The notes under the pieces are model-generated. The model was not told the DNA's origin, searched no databases, and saw only the letters and a program-made list of their open reading frames with translations. From a virus, in the IMG/VR virus record IMGVR_UViG_3300032236_000679, positions 1 to 64,000 of that record: 64,000 bases of DNA. One strand, written 5' to 3'. Shown here piece by piece: positions 46,527 to 55,782 of this stretch (the first letter of the stretch is position 1; each line of letters opens with the position of its first letter). A program made the translations under genes and the position numbers.

Positions 46527-49466
46527 TTACCAAGTGCTTAATTCTGATCTTTTCCATGTATTCAATGCTACACAAACGTAAACATAATTATTGTCATATG
46601 CTACTTGACCTGGTCTGCCTATACTATGTGCAGAGGTTGGCGCAGGTCCTGCTAATGGAGGTACTAATGGACTAGTATCAACCCAAGAATCAGTCAAATA
46701 CACAAAGATTCTACCACTTACAGTATCATACCATAACTGTCCATGTGTTGGATCTACAGGAGCCGTAGATGTTGAAGATACATAACTATCACTTGCTTTA
46801 ACAGATAAGTTTGATATTAGATAACCTTGTGCTACTGTATTAGCAACCAAGTCTAGTAATACTCCACCTTGTACACCAGCATTTGCCCAAAGATTATTAA
46901 TTTCTATCGATTGTGTTTCTGCGTTTGCCCAAAGATTATTAATTTCAGTTGCTTGTATTGCTGCGTTTGAACTAGTTAATAATCCATTCACATCAGTACG
47001 CAATCCAATAATAGCAGTTGCTTGAACCGATGCATTAGAATTTAATGAATTTAATAAAGATCCTTGTGCTACTGTATTGGCTACTAAATCTAATAGTATG
47101 CTTCCTTGCACACCTGCATTGGATGCAAGTTCATTAATAGCAGTTGCTTGCACTGCTGCATTATCCCACAGGTCAGTAAGATCTGCTGATGACCCTGGGG
47201 TAGTCATTAATACATTGACATTACTTTTTAAATTATCAATTTCAATTGCTTGAACATTAGCATTTGTATTAAGTGAATCTAATAGTGAACCTTGTGCTAC
47301 TGTATTAGCAACTAAATCTAGTAATACCCCGCCTTGTACACCTGCATTTGCAAAAAGACTATTAATTGCATATGCTTGTGCTGCTGCATTTGTACTGAGT
47401 TCGTTTAATAAAGATCCTTGTGCTACTGTATTGGCTACTAAATCTAATAATATACTTCCTTGTACACCTGCATTTGCAGTAAGAGAATCAATAGCACTTA
47501 GTTGAGAATCAATCAATGAAAGTCTGTTATCTTGAATAACATTATGAGCAACTAAATCAAGTAGTACATTTCCTTGTACACCAGCGTTTGCCCAAAGAAA
47601 ATGAATTTCATCTGCTTGAAATGCTGCATTATCCCAAAGATTGCTTATTTCATCTGCTTGTATTGCTGCATTTGAACTAGTTAATAATTCGTTAACATCA
47701 GTTCTTAATCCAATAATAGCAGTTGCCTGCGTTGCTGCATTTGAATTAAGTGCTGTAAGAACAAATCCTTGAGCAACAGAGTTAGCAACTAAATCAAGTA
47801 ACACATTTCCTTGTACACCAGCATTTGCCACCAATGAATTTAAAGTGCTTGCTTGTGTTGCTGCATTGTCCCAGAGATTATTAATTTCATTTGCTTGAAT
47901 TTCTGCATTTGAATTAGATAATAAATTAGAAACATTGTTTTGCAAACTGATAATAGCAGTTGCTTGTGTTGCTGCATTTGAATTTAGTGCAGTAAGTGCA
48001 AATCCTTGTGATACGGAGTTAGCAACTAAATCGAGAAGTACATTACCTTGGACGCCTGCGTTTGCTATCAGTAGATTTATAGTGCTTGCTTGTGTTGCTG
48101 CATTAGACCAAAGATTATTAATTTCAGTTGCTTGTATTGCAGCATTTGAACTAGATAACAAACTATTAACATCTGTTCTCAATCCAGTAATAGCAGTTGC
48201 TTGCGTTGCTGCGTTTGAATTTAATGAATTTAATAATATTCCTTGTGCTACTGTATTAGCAACTAAACTGGTTAATACCGATCCTTGCACACCTGCATTA
48301 ACAGTTAATGAATCAATTGCAGTTGTATGTGCTGCTATATTTGATCTTAGATAATTGATTTGAGTTGTTTGATCATTGAAAACAATTGAAGGTGTTGTAT
48401 CAATCCAAGAATTATCATAATATATGAATATTTTTCCACTAACAGTATCATACCATAACTTACCTGTAAAAGTATCAGTTGGTGCAACAGATGAGGTTAT
48501 AATTTTTCCAACATTTGCAGAAATAGATGATATTAAATTTCCTTGAGCAACAGTATTTGCAACAAGACTTAATAGAACACCACCTTGTACCCCTGCATTC
48601 GCCCAAAGGCTATTAATCTCAGTTGCTTGAGTTCCCGCATTTGAATATAAATCAATTATGTCAGTTGTTTGCCCCGAAACATAAGAATATAAATTAGAAA
48701 TGTCCTCTGAGTTTGAAGTTATTAACGCAGCATTTGCATTTAAACTGTTTCGTAATGCTGTAATATAATTGGATTGAGTTGCTGCATTTGAATTCAATAA
48801 ATCAATATTTGCATTAATATCATTTCTAAGTAAATTAATAGTAAGTGATTGGGATACTGCATTTGATTTTAATAGTTCAATATTTGCATTGACATTGCTT
48901 GCCCAAAGATTAATGAGTTCAGTTGTGTATGTTTCTGAATTAGACCAATTATTAGTAATTAGAATAGTATTAGATATTCCATCAAGAATTGATCTACCAT
49001 TAGCAAAATTAATAAATCCACCTGATGGTAATGTTACGTTTCCATCTGCACCAAGTACAAAACTTTTGCTGCCGTTAATTAAACTATTAGGAGTATGACT
49101 ATTAGCAGATAGAACGCCATCAAGATTGATCGAGAGACCTTCTCCAACTTTAATACCGCCTAGAGAATTTCTGCTTGCTTTGGGTAATATATATGATGCG
49201 CTAGGTGAAGAATCTACCCAAGTGTCTTGAAAATAAATGTATGTTCTTCCAATATTTGGATCATACCATAATGTACCAGGCGTTGGATTATTGGGAGGAG
49301 TTGTACCAAAACGTGGTGTTGCACCAACTAACTCTATGCCACCATAAGTGACGCCATCCATAACATAGACTTTACCAGTGACGTCGTCAACAACGAGTTC
49401 TCCGTCATGTCCTGCAAACTCTTCAATTGGAAGTTTACTGATTTTACCATAATAGCGTCTTAGCAT
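46527..49466 (-). CDS. Fibre-like protein with long coiled-coil repeats
   Basis: Many LWANAGVQG.VLLDLVANTVAQG repeats; three G.LWYD..SG.I..Y..D.W.D.SP modules. Confidence 0.65.
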   Translation of the reverse strand: MLRRYYGKISKLPIEEFAGHDGELVVDDVTGKVYVMDGVTYGGIELVGATPRFGTTPPNNPTPGTLWYDPNIGRTYIYFQDTWVDSSPSASYILPKASRNSLGGIKVGEGLSINLDGVLSANSHTPNSLINGSKSFVLGADGNVTLPSGGFINFANGRSILDGISNTILITNNWSNSETYTTELINLWASNVNANIELLKSNAVSQSLTINLLRNDINANIDLLNSNAATQSNYITALRNSLNANAALITSNSEDISNLYSYVSGQTTDIIDLYSNAGTQATEINSLWANAGVQGGVLLSLVANTVAQGNLISSISANVGKIITSSVAPTDTFTGKLWYDTVSGKIFIYYDNSWIDTTPSIVFNDQTTQINYLRSNIAAHTTAIDSLTVNAGVQGSVLTSLVANTVAQGILLNSLNSNAATQATAITGLRTDVNSLLSSSNAAIQATEINNLWSNAATQASTINLLIANAGVQGNVLLDLVANSVSQGFALTALNSNAATQATAIISLQNNVSNLLSNSNAEIQANEINNLWDNAATQASTLNSLVANAGVQGNVLLDLVANSVAQGFVLTALNSNAATQATAIIGLRTDVNELLTSSNAAIQADEISNLWDNAAFQADEIHFLWANAGVQGNVLLDLVAHNVIQDNRLSLIDSQLSAIDSLTANAGVQGSILLDLVANTVAQGSLLNELSTNAAAQAYAINSLFANAGVQGGVLLDLVANTVAQGSLLDSLNTNANVQAIEIDNLKSNVNVLMTTPGSSADLTDLWDNAAVQATAINELASNAGVQGSILLDLVANTVAQGSLLNSLNSNASVQATAIIGLRTDVNGLLTSSNAAIQATEINNLWANAETQSIEINNLWANAGVQGGVLLDLVANTVAQGYLISNLSVKASDSYVSSTSTAPVDPTHGQLWYDTVSGRIFVYLTDSWVDTSPLVPPLAGPAPTSAHSIGRPGQVAYDNNYVYVCVALNTWKRSELSTW

Positions 49467-49555
49467 GATTTATTCCCAGTGTATATTGTATTTAACGGTT
49501 TTGGGCAATCTCCAAGATGCATAGCAGGTATGTGTGCAGTGCAGCAATCTTTCAC

Positions 49556-49583
49556 TTGCTTTGCAATAAATACAGTGTATAAT
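49556..49583 (+). promoter_or_regulatory. Early-type promoter TTGCTT-N16-TATAAT with an embedded late motif AATAAATA
   Basis: Directly upstream of the DUF1127 ORF and its AAGGA RBS. Confidence 0.5.
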
Positions 49584-49593
49584 AATAGTAAGG

Positions 49594-49809
49594 ATGGAAA
49601 AGATGATGACTTATATAAACTACTTTGTTAACGCATTTTATCAGAGCATAGACACTGTTTTTAGTTCAATTGATAAGGGATTTAGAGCCCGCCGTGCGTA
49701 TGAAGAATTGAATAGATTAAATGATCGTGAATTGAAAGATCTTGGCATTGCACGTTACGATATTCCTCGTATTGTGTTTGATAGTGTAAAGACTCAAAGT
49801 TTTAGATAA
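49594..49809 (+). CDS. DUF1127 family small protein
   Basis: RARRAYEELNRLNDRELKDLGIARYDI matches the DUF1127 consensus (R..L..L.D..L.D.G..R.D). Confidence 0.85.
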   Translation: MEKMMTYINYFVNAFYQSIDTVFSSIDKGFRARRAYEELNRLNDRELKDLGIARYDIPRIVFDSVKTQSFR

Positions 49810-49831
49810 TTTAGTTTGAATTTAACTCAAT

Positions 49832-49858
49832 AAAAAAGGGGCGTTTCCGCCCCTTTTT
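49832..49858. terminator. Bidirectional Rho-independent terminator
   Basis: AAAAAA-GGGGCG-TTTC-CGCCCC-TTTTT between the convergent DUF1127 and major capsid genes. Confidence 0.9.
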
Positions 49859-49877
49859 GTATTTGTATTCTCAAATA

Positions 49878-51077
49878 TTATGAGAATGCCAAGTTGCTTA
49901 CGTTGATTTCACTTAGGTAGTCACCTGCGTTACCGAATGATGATGCTACGTTAGTTAATTCAATGTAACCATAACGTGTCATAAAGCCAACTACTGGTTC
50001 GAAAGTAGCAGGATCAAGAACAACACCGCTTGACATTAGAGGAATGTATGGGCAGTAGAATGCTGCTGCGTCTGCTTCTGAAGTACCCTTATAACCAACA
50101 AGCACAGGGATTGTGTCGTCAGCATATGAGTCAACATAAACACGCATTGAACCATTTAGTGTACCAACAAACTTAGTGTTAGTTGGGGCTTCAAATGAAC
50201 CTTCAGTAGTACGAGCAAATGCTGAAGTAGTTGCACTCTGTAGAACTGTTAGAACAGTTGGAGATACAACGCACCAGTTACCAGCACCACGACGTGTGCG
50301 CTGGGCAATTAGGTTAGCAGCACGGTTGATTAGAACTGCTAGAGCAGCATGTTCGTCACCAACGAATGTTGCAGTACCACTTACAGTTGCCTGGTTGAAT
50401 GAGAATTCATTAGCAGCAAGTGAACGTAGGCTGTATAGGATTTCCTGATCGATTTCAGCAGTAATTTCCTGGGCAAGAGCTGCCATGATTTCTGCTTCAA
50501 TGTCAAGACCATGCATTGCCTGTGCGTCCTGTGCGGCTTCGAAAGTCCAGCGAGCTGATAGCTTGCGAGTCTTTGCTTCAACAGGCTGCTTTAGGATCTG
50601 GACGTTTAGCTTACGACCAGGAACACCTTCCATTGAACCTGTAGTACCTGCACGACCGTCAGTACTTGTTACACCAGATGCTGTTCCAGAATAGCCTGAA
50701 GCAATCTTGAATGGGCTTAGAGCCTCGTCGCCGATTGAAACATCAGTACCTGCCTGGCCGCTTGCGCTGCTAGTGAAACCTTCAGCATAACGAACACGTA
50801 GAGTATGAATCTGTGCTACTGGACCTGTCATTGGCTGTACGCCAACGATTTCGTTAGCAATAACAGTTGGCATAACACGTCGAATAACGGGTAGGATAAC
50901 ACGGTTAAGTGTTGCGACATTACCTGCAGAAGTTGCACCAACGGATGCATTTTCTGTTAGATAACGACGAGTATTCTCGAGCACCATGCTCATTGTAGTC
51001 TTACGATTGCCGGTGAGACCTTCTAGCAATGCATTCTTTGTCTCGCCCCAACGTCCTTCTAGTAATTCTTGTGACAT
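49878..51077 (-). CDS. gp23: Major capsid protein (T4 gp23-like)
   Basis: RRVMP..IA.E.VGVQPMTGP...I..LR..Y, VEAKTRKL.A.W..EAAQD..A.HG.D.E.E, FYCPYIPL. Confidence 0.95.
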   Translation of the reverse strand: MSQELLEGRWGETKNALLEGLTGNRKTTMSMVLENTRRYLTENASVGATSAGNVATLNRVILPVIRRVMPTVIANEIVGVQPMTGPVAQIHTLRVRYAEGFTSSASGQAGTDVSIGDEALSPFKIASGYSGTASGVTSTDGRAGTTGSMEGVPGRKLNVQILKQPVEAKTRKLSARWTFEAAQDAQAMHGLDIEAEIMAALAQEITAEIDQEILYSLRSLAANEFSFNQATVSGTATFVGDEHAALAVLINRAANLIAQRTRRGAGNWCVVSPTVLTVLQSATTSAFARTTEGSFEAPTNTKFVGTLNGSMRVYVDSYADDTIPVLVGYKGTSEADAAAFYCPYIPLMSSGVVLDPATFEPVVGFMTRYGYIELTNVASSFGNAGDYLSEINVSNLAFS

Positions 51078-51104
51078 TTTACCTTTTCTCCAATTATTTG
51101 TAAG

Positions 51105-52196
51105 TTATTTTGTCAATCCTGCCAAGCGACGAATGTCGAAAACATTGTTCGAAGCCTGTTCAGTTTTAGTTGTTCTATCCCCAGTTACTTCAGTCTTTGA
51201 TTCTGTTACAACAGTCTTTGCTGCAACAGGAGCATGTCCTTCCATGACAGGAGTTAGATATTTCTTAAATGCGGCCTCTAAGCGATCAGTTGGAGTTGAC
51301 TCCAAGAGTTGCTTCATGACGTTGGCCTTATCTTTGCTGAGTGGCTTCATTAATTCATCAATCTTGCGAGTACGCTCCATTGATTCATTGATTCTGCGAA
51401 TCTCAGTTTCTTTAGCCTGTGCCTTAGCTTCGGCTAATTCTGCTGCCTGACGGGCTTCTGAAAGCTGCATTTCAATACGATCAAGTATTGTCTGCATCTT
51501 CTTTACCTCTGCACGCTCATTGAGGTGTGTGGCAGTAAACTCGGTTGCAAATGCTTCAAAAATTCTACGTCCAAAATTATTTTCTTTTGCTTCCTGAATG
51601 TCTTCTCTTAACTGCTTGAGTTCTGTACGTAAGGTTTGATCAGTTACATTTTCTACTAGAGTTGAAGCACGACTAATGAATGTTTCACTTAGTTTCTTTA
51701 ACTTAGCCTTGCCTTCTACTACAAGTTGAACCTTTGCACGAGCCAAGTCTGCCTTATCTTCAGCAAACTCAACAATCTCCTTGCGGAGACCTTCTGTTAC
51801 AAATTCGTCTAACTTTGCTGTTGCTGCCTTAATAGCAGCACGATCAGCATGAAGTTCAGCTACTTCTCTTGCAAGACTCTCATTTAGATAATCTTCAAAC
51901 TTAGCAGCCTTAGCCATCATTGCCTGTGTAAACTTTACACGATCTTCAGCAATAGTAGCACGTTCAGCAGCAATCTTTTCGACTTCTGCTGATAGTGTAT
52001 CTGATACCATACGATCGAGAGCCTCAACCATTGTTGACTTATCGTGTGCATAACGATTAGCCATTTCTTCACGGATTTCTGCACGAATTACACTGCGAGC
52101 CTCTTCTAACTTGGTATTCCAAGCAGTTTCTAGTACTTCGCGAGTTTCTTCGTTCAGGATGCCGCTTTCAATTAATGGTTTTAATGCTTCGAACAT
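51105..52196 (-). CDS. gp22: Prohead core scaffolding protein (gp22-like)
   Basis: Acidic coiled-coil ORF between the protease and major capsid genes in T4 order. Confidence 0.8.
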   Translation of the reverse strand: MFEALKPLIESGILNEETREVLETAWNTKLEEARSVIRAEIREEMANRYAHDKSTMVEALDRMVSDTLSAEVEKIAAERATIAEDRVKFTQAMMAKAAKFEDYLNESLAREVAELHADRAAIKAATAKLDEFVTEGLRKEIVEFAEDKADLARAKVQLVVEGKAKLKKLSETFISRASTLVENVTDQTLRTELKQLREDIQEAKENNFGRRIFEAFATEFTATHLNERAEVKKMQTILDRIEMQLSEARQAAELAEAKAQAKETEIRRINESMERTRKIDELMKPLSKDKANVMKQLLESTPTDRLEAAFKKYLTPVMEGHAPVAAKTVVTESKTEVTGDRTTKTEQASNNVFDIRRLAGLTK

Positions 52197-52216
52197 TTAA
52201 TTCTCCTGAAACCTTA

Positions 52217-52843
52217 TTATATCTTTAATTCGTTGATTAATCTTGCAACTTCCGATGCAAGATACTTTTGTACTTTTGGATCTGAATTTAGATCTTTTGC
52301 CATTTCAAACACACGGTGCCCGCCACGCATATTCATGAGACCTTCATAAACTGCTGTTGGATAAGCACTTGGTGCGCTTGGCTGTGCAACAATGTCTACA
52401 GTCACGATATCGAAGTTGCTAACTGTGCCTGAGCCTTCATTAACATCTCCGCTACCGCGACTGCTTACTCCCAATTTCACACCACTTTCTAACATGGTGC
52501 GTACGATATTACCCATTGGTGTTGGTAATATCTTCATCTTTCCACAGCCTTTTGCGCCATCTAACCACATCTCGGTGATCATGTGACTTACACGGTCAAG
52601 GTTGATGCGCAGATTAGCGGGATGATCCACTTCACCTAGCACAGAATAACCTTTACTAATCTGCTCGTTTAGATTGCTCACTGCTCTGGCGATCTCGTTA
52701 GCAGGGTAAACACGCTGATTAGCATTGCGTACCCCACCTTCAATGAAGATGCCCTTCATAAACAAATCCTTGCCTTCATTGACCTTTACTGTTTCAATTT
52801 GGGCCTGATCAAAGCTTAGATTCTCAATTAAAAAAGGCTTCAT
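52217..52843 (-). CDS. gp21: Prohead protease (gp21-like)
   Basis: GIF......NANQRVYP, GEVDHP, RVSHMIT, LGVSSRGSG, D.VAQPSAP.A. Confidence 0.95.
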   Translation of the reverse strand: MKPFLIENLSFDQAQIETVKVNEGKDLFMKGIFIEGGVRNANQRVYPANEIARAVSNLNEQISKGYSVLGEVDHPANLRINLDRVSHMITEMWLDGAKGCGKMKILPTPMGNIVRTMLESGVKLGVSSRGSGDVNEGSGTVSNFDIVTVDIVAQPSAPSAYPTAVYEGLMNMRGGHRVFEMAKDLNSDPKVQKYLASEVARLINELKI

Positions 52844-52852
52844 CGTTTATCC

Positions 52853-53647
52853 TTACTTAATGTTTACTGATGTCTTGTTAATGCCTGATGGCTCACTGTT
52901 AGTGGGCTTCTTAGCACCTGAGAAAGTCTTACCAGCATTTGCACCAGGAACATTTTCAAAAGAACCTGCACCTGGAAGTTTGCCTTCGCCCTTGCTATAA
53001 GCATTGCTTGGCTTCTTATAAGCGCCGCCTTCTGGAGCACTGTCAGCTTTGCCATTTGCAATGTTCTTTGCAGAACCGCCCATGTCGTTCTTACCAGCAA
53101 CAGTTGACTTGCTGTTAGTTGTACCACCAATTGAACCAGCGCCTACGCCCTGACCTTCAGTGTTACCAGGTGTTGCAACCTTTTCAACATACTCACGAAC
53201 GAAACCAACGCCCATGCCTTCTGCTGGCATCTCGTCACCCATACCGCCCATGTCACCCATGTCGCTATGCTCTGGCTCACCCTGTTCGTCTGCCATTAGC
53301 TTTTCAAACTCAGCCTTAAGATCGTCAAGTGCGTCTTCAAGATCAACTACACGATCTTCTAGACCATCTTCACCACCCTCTTCGCCGTCCATGTCCATAT
53401 CCATGTCGTCGCCTTCAGCGTCTTCTTCATCGCCGTCTTCGCCGTCTATGCCTTCTTCGTCTGCAGAAATGTCACCCATCATGTCATCGGTCTGATCCAT
53501 TGACATGTTGTCTTCTTCATCTTCTGCTACTAATTCGTTATAAATTTCACGTGACTTCTCAACAACTACACTGTGAAAAAGCTCATTTGCCTTTTCAGTC
53601 TCGTCATTGATGATATACTCAATCAATTGTTCAAACTTATTTCGCAT
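52853..53647 (-). CDS. Prohead core protein (acidic, gp67/gp68 position)
   Basis: D/E/M-rich; located between portal and protease. Confidence 0.6.
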   Translation of the reverse strand: MRNKFEQLIEYIINDETEKANELFHSVVVEKSREIYNELVAEDEEDNMSMDQTDDMMGDISADEEGIDGEDGDEEDAEGDDMDMDMDGEEGGEDGLEDRVVDLEDALDDLKAEFEKLMADEQGEPEHSDMGDMGGMGDEMPAEGMGVGFVREYVEKVATPGNTEGQGVGAGSIGGTTNSKSTVAGKNDMGGSAKNIANGKADSAPEGGAYKKPSNAYSKGEGKLPGAGSFENVPGANAGKTFSGAKKPTNSEPSGINKTSVNIK

Positions 53648-53754
53648 GTATCGCTCCTAATAGGTTAATTCTATGCTGTGAAGTTATTTACAGCGTAGTT
53701 TATATATCAGGGTAAAATAGGGTTATTTTGAATGATTTGATTAAGATACGTCTA

Positions 53755-53973
53755 TTATGCTGGCGGAGCAGCAGGCTGGCCATACATTGTCTTAACTTTT
53801 TCTAAATTTTCTTTATATTCAAGTGTACGCTGATCATTCATTTTGCGTAACTGATTAATTTGCGCAAGAGTAAGTTTTGTCTTACGCAAATCTTCAATCT
53901 TATTCTGGCTCTTGTCATTGGAAAGAGTTTGATAACCTTTTTTATATTCGTTAAACATTTCTGACAAGAACAT
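53755..53973 (-). CDS. Small head-module protein
   Basis: 72-aa ORF, KTKLTL.QINQLRKM; between portal and core genes. Confidence 0.65.
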   Translation of the reverse strand: MFLSEMFNEYKKGYQTLSNDKSQNKIEDLRKTKLTLAQINQLRKMNDQRTLEYKENLEKVKTMYGQPAAPPA

Positions 53974-53996
53974 TGCTATTAATCCTACAAATCTAT

Positions 53997-55757
53997 TTAT
54001 AATGCAAGACTAGGTTCTGAGCCACCAGGTGCTGTTGGAGCAGGTGCACCGCCAGGAGATCCAGGTGCACCACCTTGACTAATTCCAGGCTCTGTACCTG
54101 GAGGTGCTTCTGCGCCTGCTTCTGCTGATAGATCGCCAATAGTATCTAAATCACCAGTAATGCCACCAGGAGTGATACCAACATTTCTCATATCAGCACC
54201 AGTTGCTCCGGGAGATTCAGGAGTACCACGCTCTTCATGCCACCACTTCTCGTTCTCTGTCATTTCAATTTCACTTAAACCAAGATACTTTTTAAGCATA
54301 AAACGCTTGGATAAAAATTCAGTATCTTTAACACCACTAAATGCTTGAATACGTTGTGCATTAAGTTCAATGTCACGATAAGCAGCAAAGTTTTGTGGTT
54401 CATTAAAACGTAATTCAAACAAACTACTATCAATATTAAATCCGCGCCACTTTAAGAATAACTTGAATTCTTCATCAAACTTACTGCTGATATACTTCTG
54501 TAATCGCTTGCAATACTCATTGAAACGATATTCTTGAATTAATGCTGTAGTTACTTTACCATCTGTAAATGCACGGTCACTGTCTTCTGCACCTGTTGGC
54601 AAGTAACTGCTAGGAATGCGAAGACCACGATATAACTTGTTCTGAAAATACTTTAAGTCGTCAATCTCACCTAAATTCTGACCACCTGGTAATACTTCAA
54701 CTTTACTACCACGACCTTCAGCAGTTTGCGGGAAGAAATAATCTTCATTGATAGACAATGGATTATAACTTGCATCCATTAAATTAGATCCGCCGCCGCT
54801 CTGTGTAGGTATACGACGCTGATGAATTTCATTCTTAACACGCTCTAAGAATGACATCTGCATGTGTGCAGGCATGTTACCTACATCAATGTAGAACACA
54901 CGACGCTCAGGAGCACGTTGTACACGGTAAATTAGCAATGAATCTTCAAGCAATTCTTTCTGTTTGAATACTTTAAAAATACCCTCAAGTATGCTTACAC
55001 CAAATGGCCAGTTAACATCAAGCCCTTCAGTTAAACTAATATGAACAACATGCTCTGCTTCAACTGGAAATTCATTGTTGCCAGCACCGAAACGTGTGTT
55101 AGGACTAAAAAGTTCACCGCCTGCTGTATAACTTCTGCTGCCACCCATGTAAGGAGCATGAGCATAAGTGTCATTGGGACCAGGTGGTCTTGTAATTGTA
55201 TCGTTTTGTAGATTAGGAGCAAGATCACGTACATAATAAACTTCAGGAACTTTACCTGCTGATTCGTTAACAATAATTTTGCTAACACGATTCATTTCAC
55301 TCCAGTACCACTTATAAGTTTCTGGGTCACGAATGAATACTTGATCTCCATACTTCAAAACATTACGGAAGATTTTAAAGATTTTCTTATCAAAATCATT
55401 TAAACTATACCAACTAGTAAGTTGCTCTTTTAAAATTGTAATTTCATTTTCAGTTGCTTCGTCATTGAAATGAAACTCAAATGCTGTTTTTGTATCTTCA
55501 GCATTTTGTGTACAGAACTCTGCTAAAATATCCAATGCTGCATTTACTTCACTGTCGAGATCCATATTTTCGTATTGTGTATAACGATCAACACGATTTG
55601 GATGGCCGCTATAGATATCAGGCAACATGCTTTGATAATTTCTAAAAGCAGCATTTGCCTGACTATCTAAATATCCAAAACTATAGTTTGCAGTACTTCC
55701 ATTCACTGGACTCATACTACCGTCAGTTACGACACGAAAATGTTTTTTCCAAGACAT
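53997..55757 (-). CDS. gp20: Portal vertex protein (T4 gp20-like)
   Basis: LLED..LIYR..RAPERRVFYIDVGN.P, EDYFFP...G.GS.VE.LPGGQNLGEI.D..YF..KLY..L.IP.S. Confidence 0.96.
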   Translation of the reverse strand: MSWKKHFRVVTDGSMSPVNGSTANYSFGYLDSQANAAFRNYQSMLPDIYSGHPNRVDRYTQYENMDLDSEVNAALDILAEFCTQNAEDTKTAFEFHFNDEATENEITILKEQLTSWYSLNDFDKKIFKIFRNVLKYGDQVFIRDPETYKWYWSEMNRVSKIIVNESAGKVPEVYYVRDLAPNLQNDTITRPPGPNDTYAHAPYMGGSRSYTAGGELFSPNTRFGAGNNEFPVEAEHVVHISLTEGLDVNWPFGVSILEGIFKVFKQKELLEDSLLIYRVQRAPERRVFYIDVGNMPAHMQMSFLERVKNEIHQRRIPTQSGGGSNLMDASYNPLSINEDYFFPQTAEGRGSKVEVLPGGQNLGEIDDLKYFQNKLYRGLRIPSSYLPTGAEDSDRAFTDGKVTTALIQEYRFNEYCKRLQKYISSKFDEEFKLFLKWRGFNIDSSLFELRFNEPQNFAAYRDIELNAQRIQAFSGVKDTEFLSKRFMLKKYLGLSEIEMTENEKWWHEERGTPESPGATGADMRNVGITPGGITGDLDTIGDLSAEAGAEAPPGTEPGISQGGAPGSPGGAPAPTAPGGSEPSLAL

Positions 55758-55782
55758 ACTAATTTCCTATTGTATATTTAAC

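Noticed and set aside
49878-55757. Introns or inteins in head genes
   Set aside because: Portal, protease and capsid ORFs are continuous and of expected size, with no intein or LAGLIDADG motifs.
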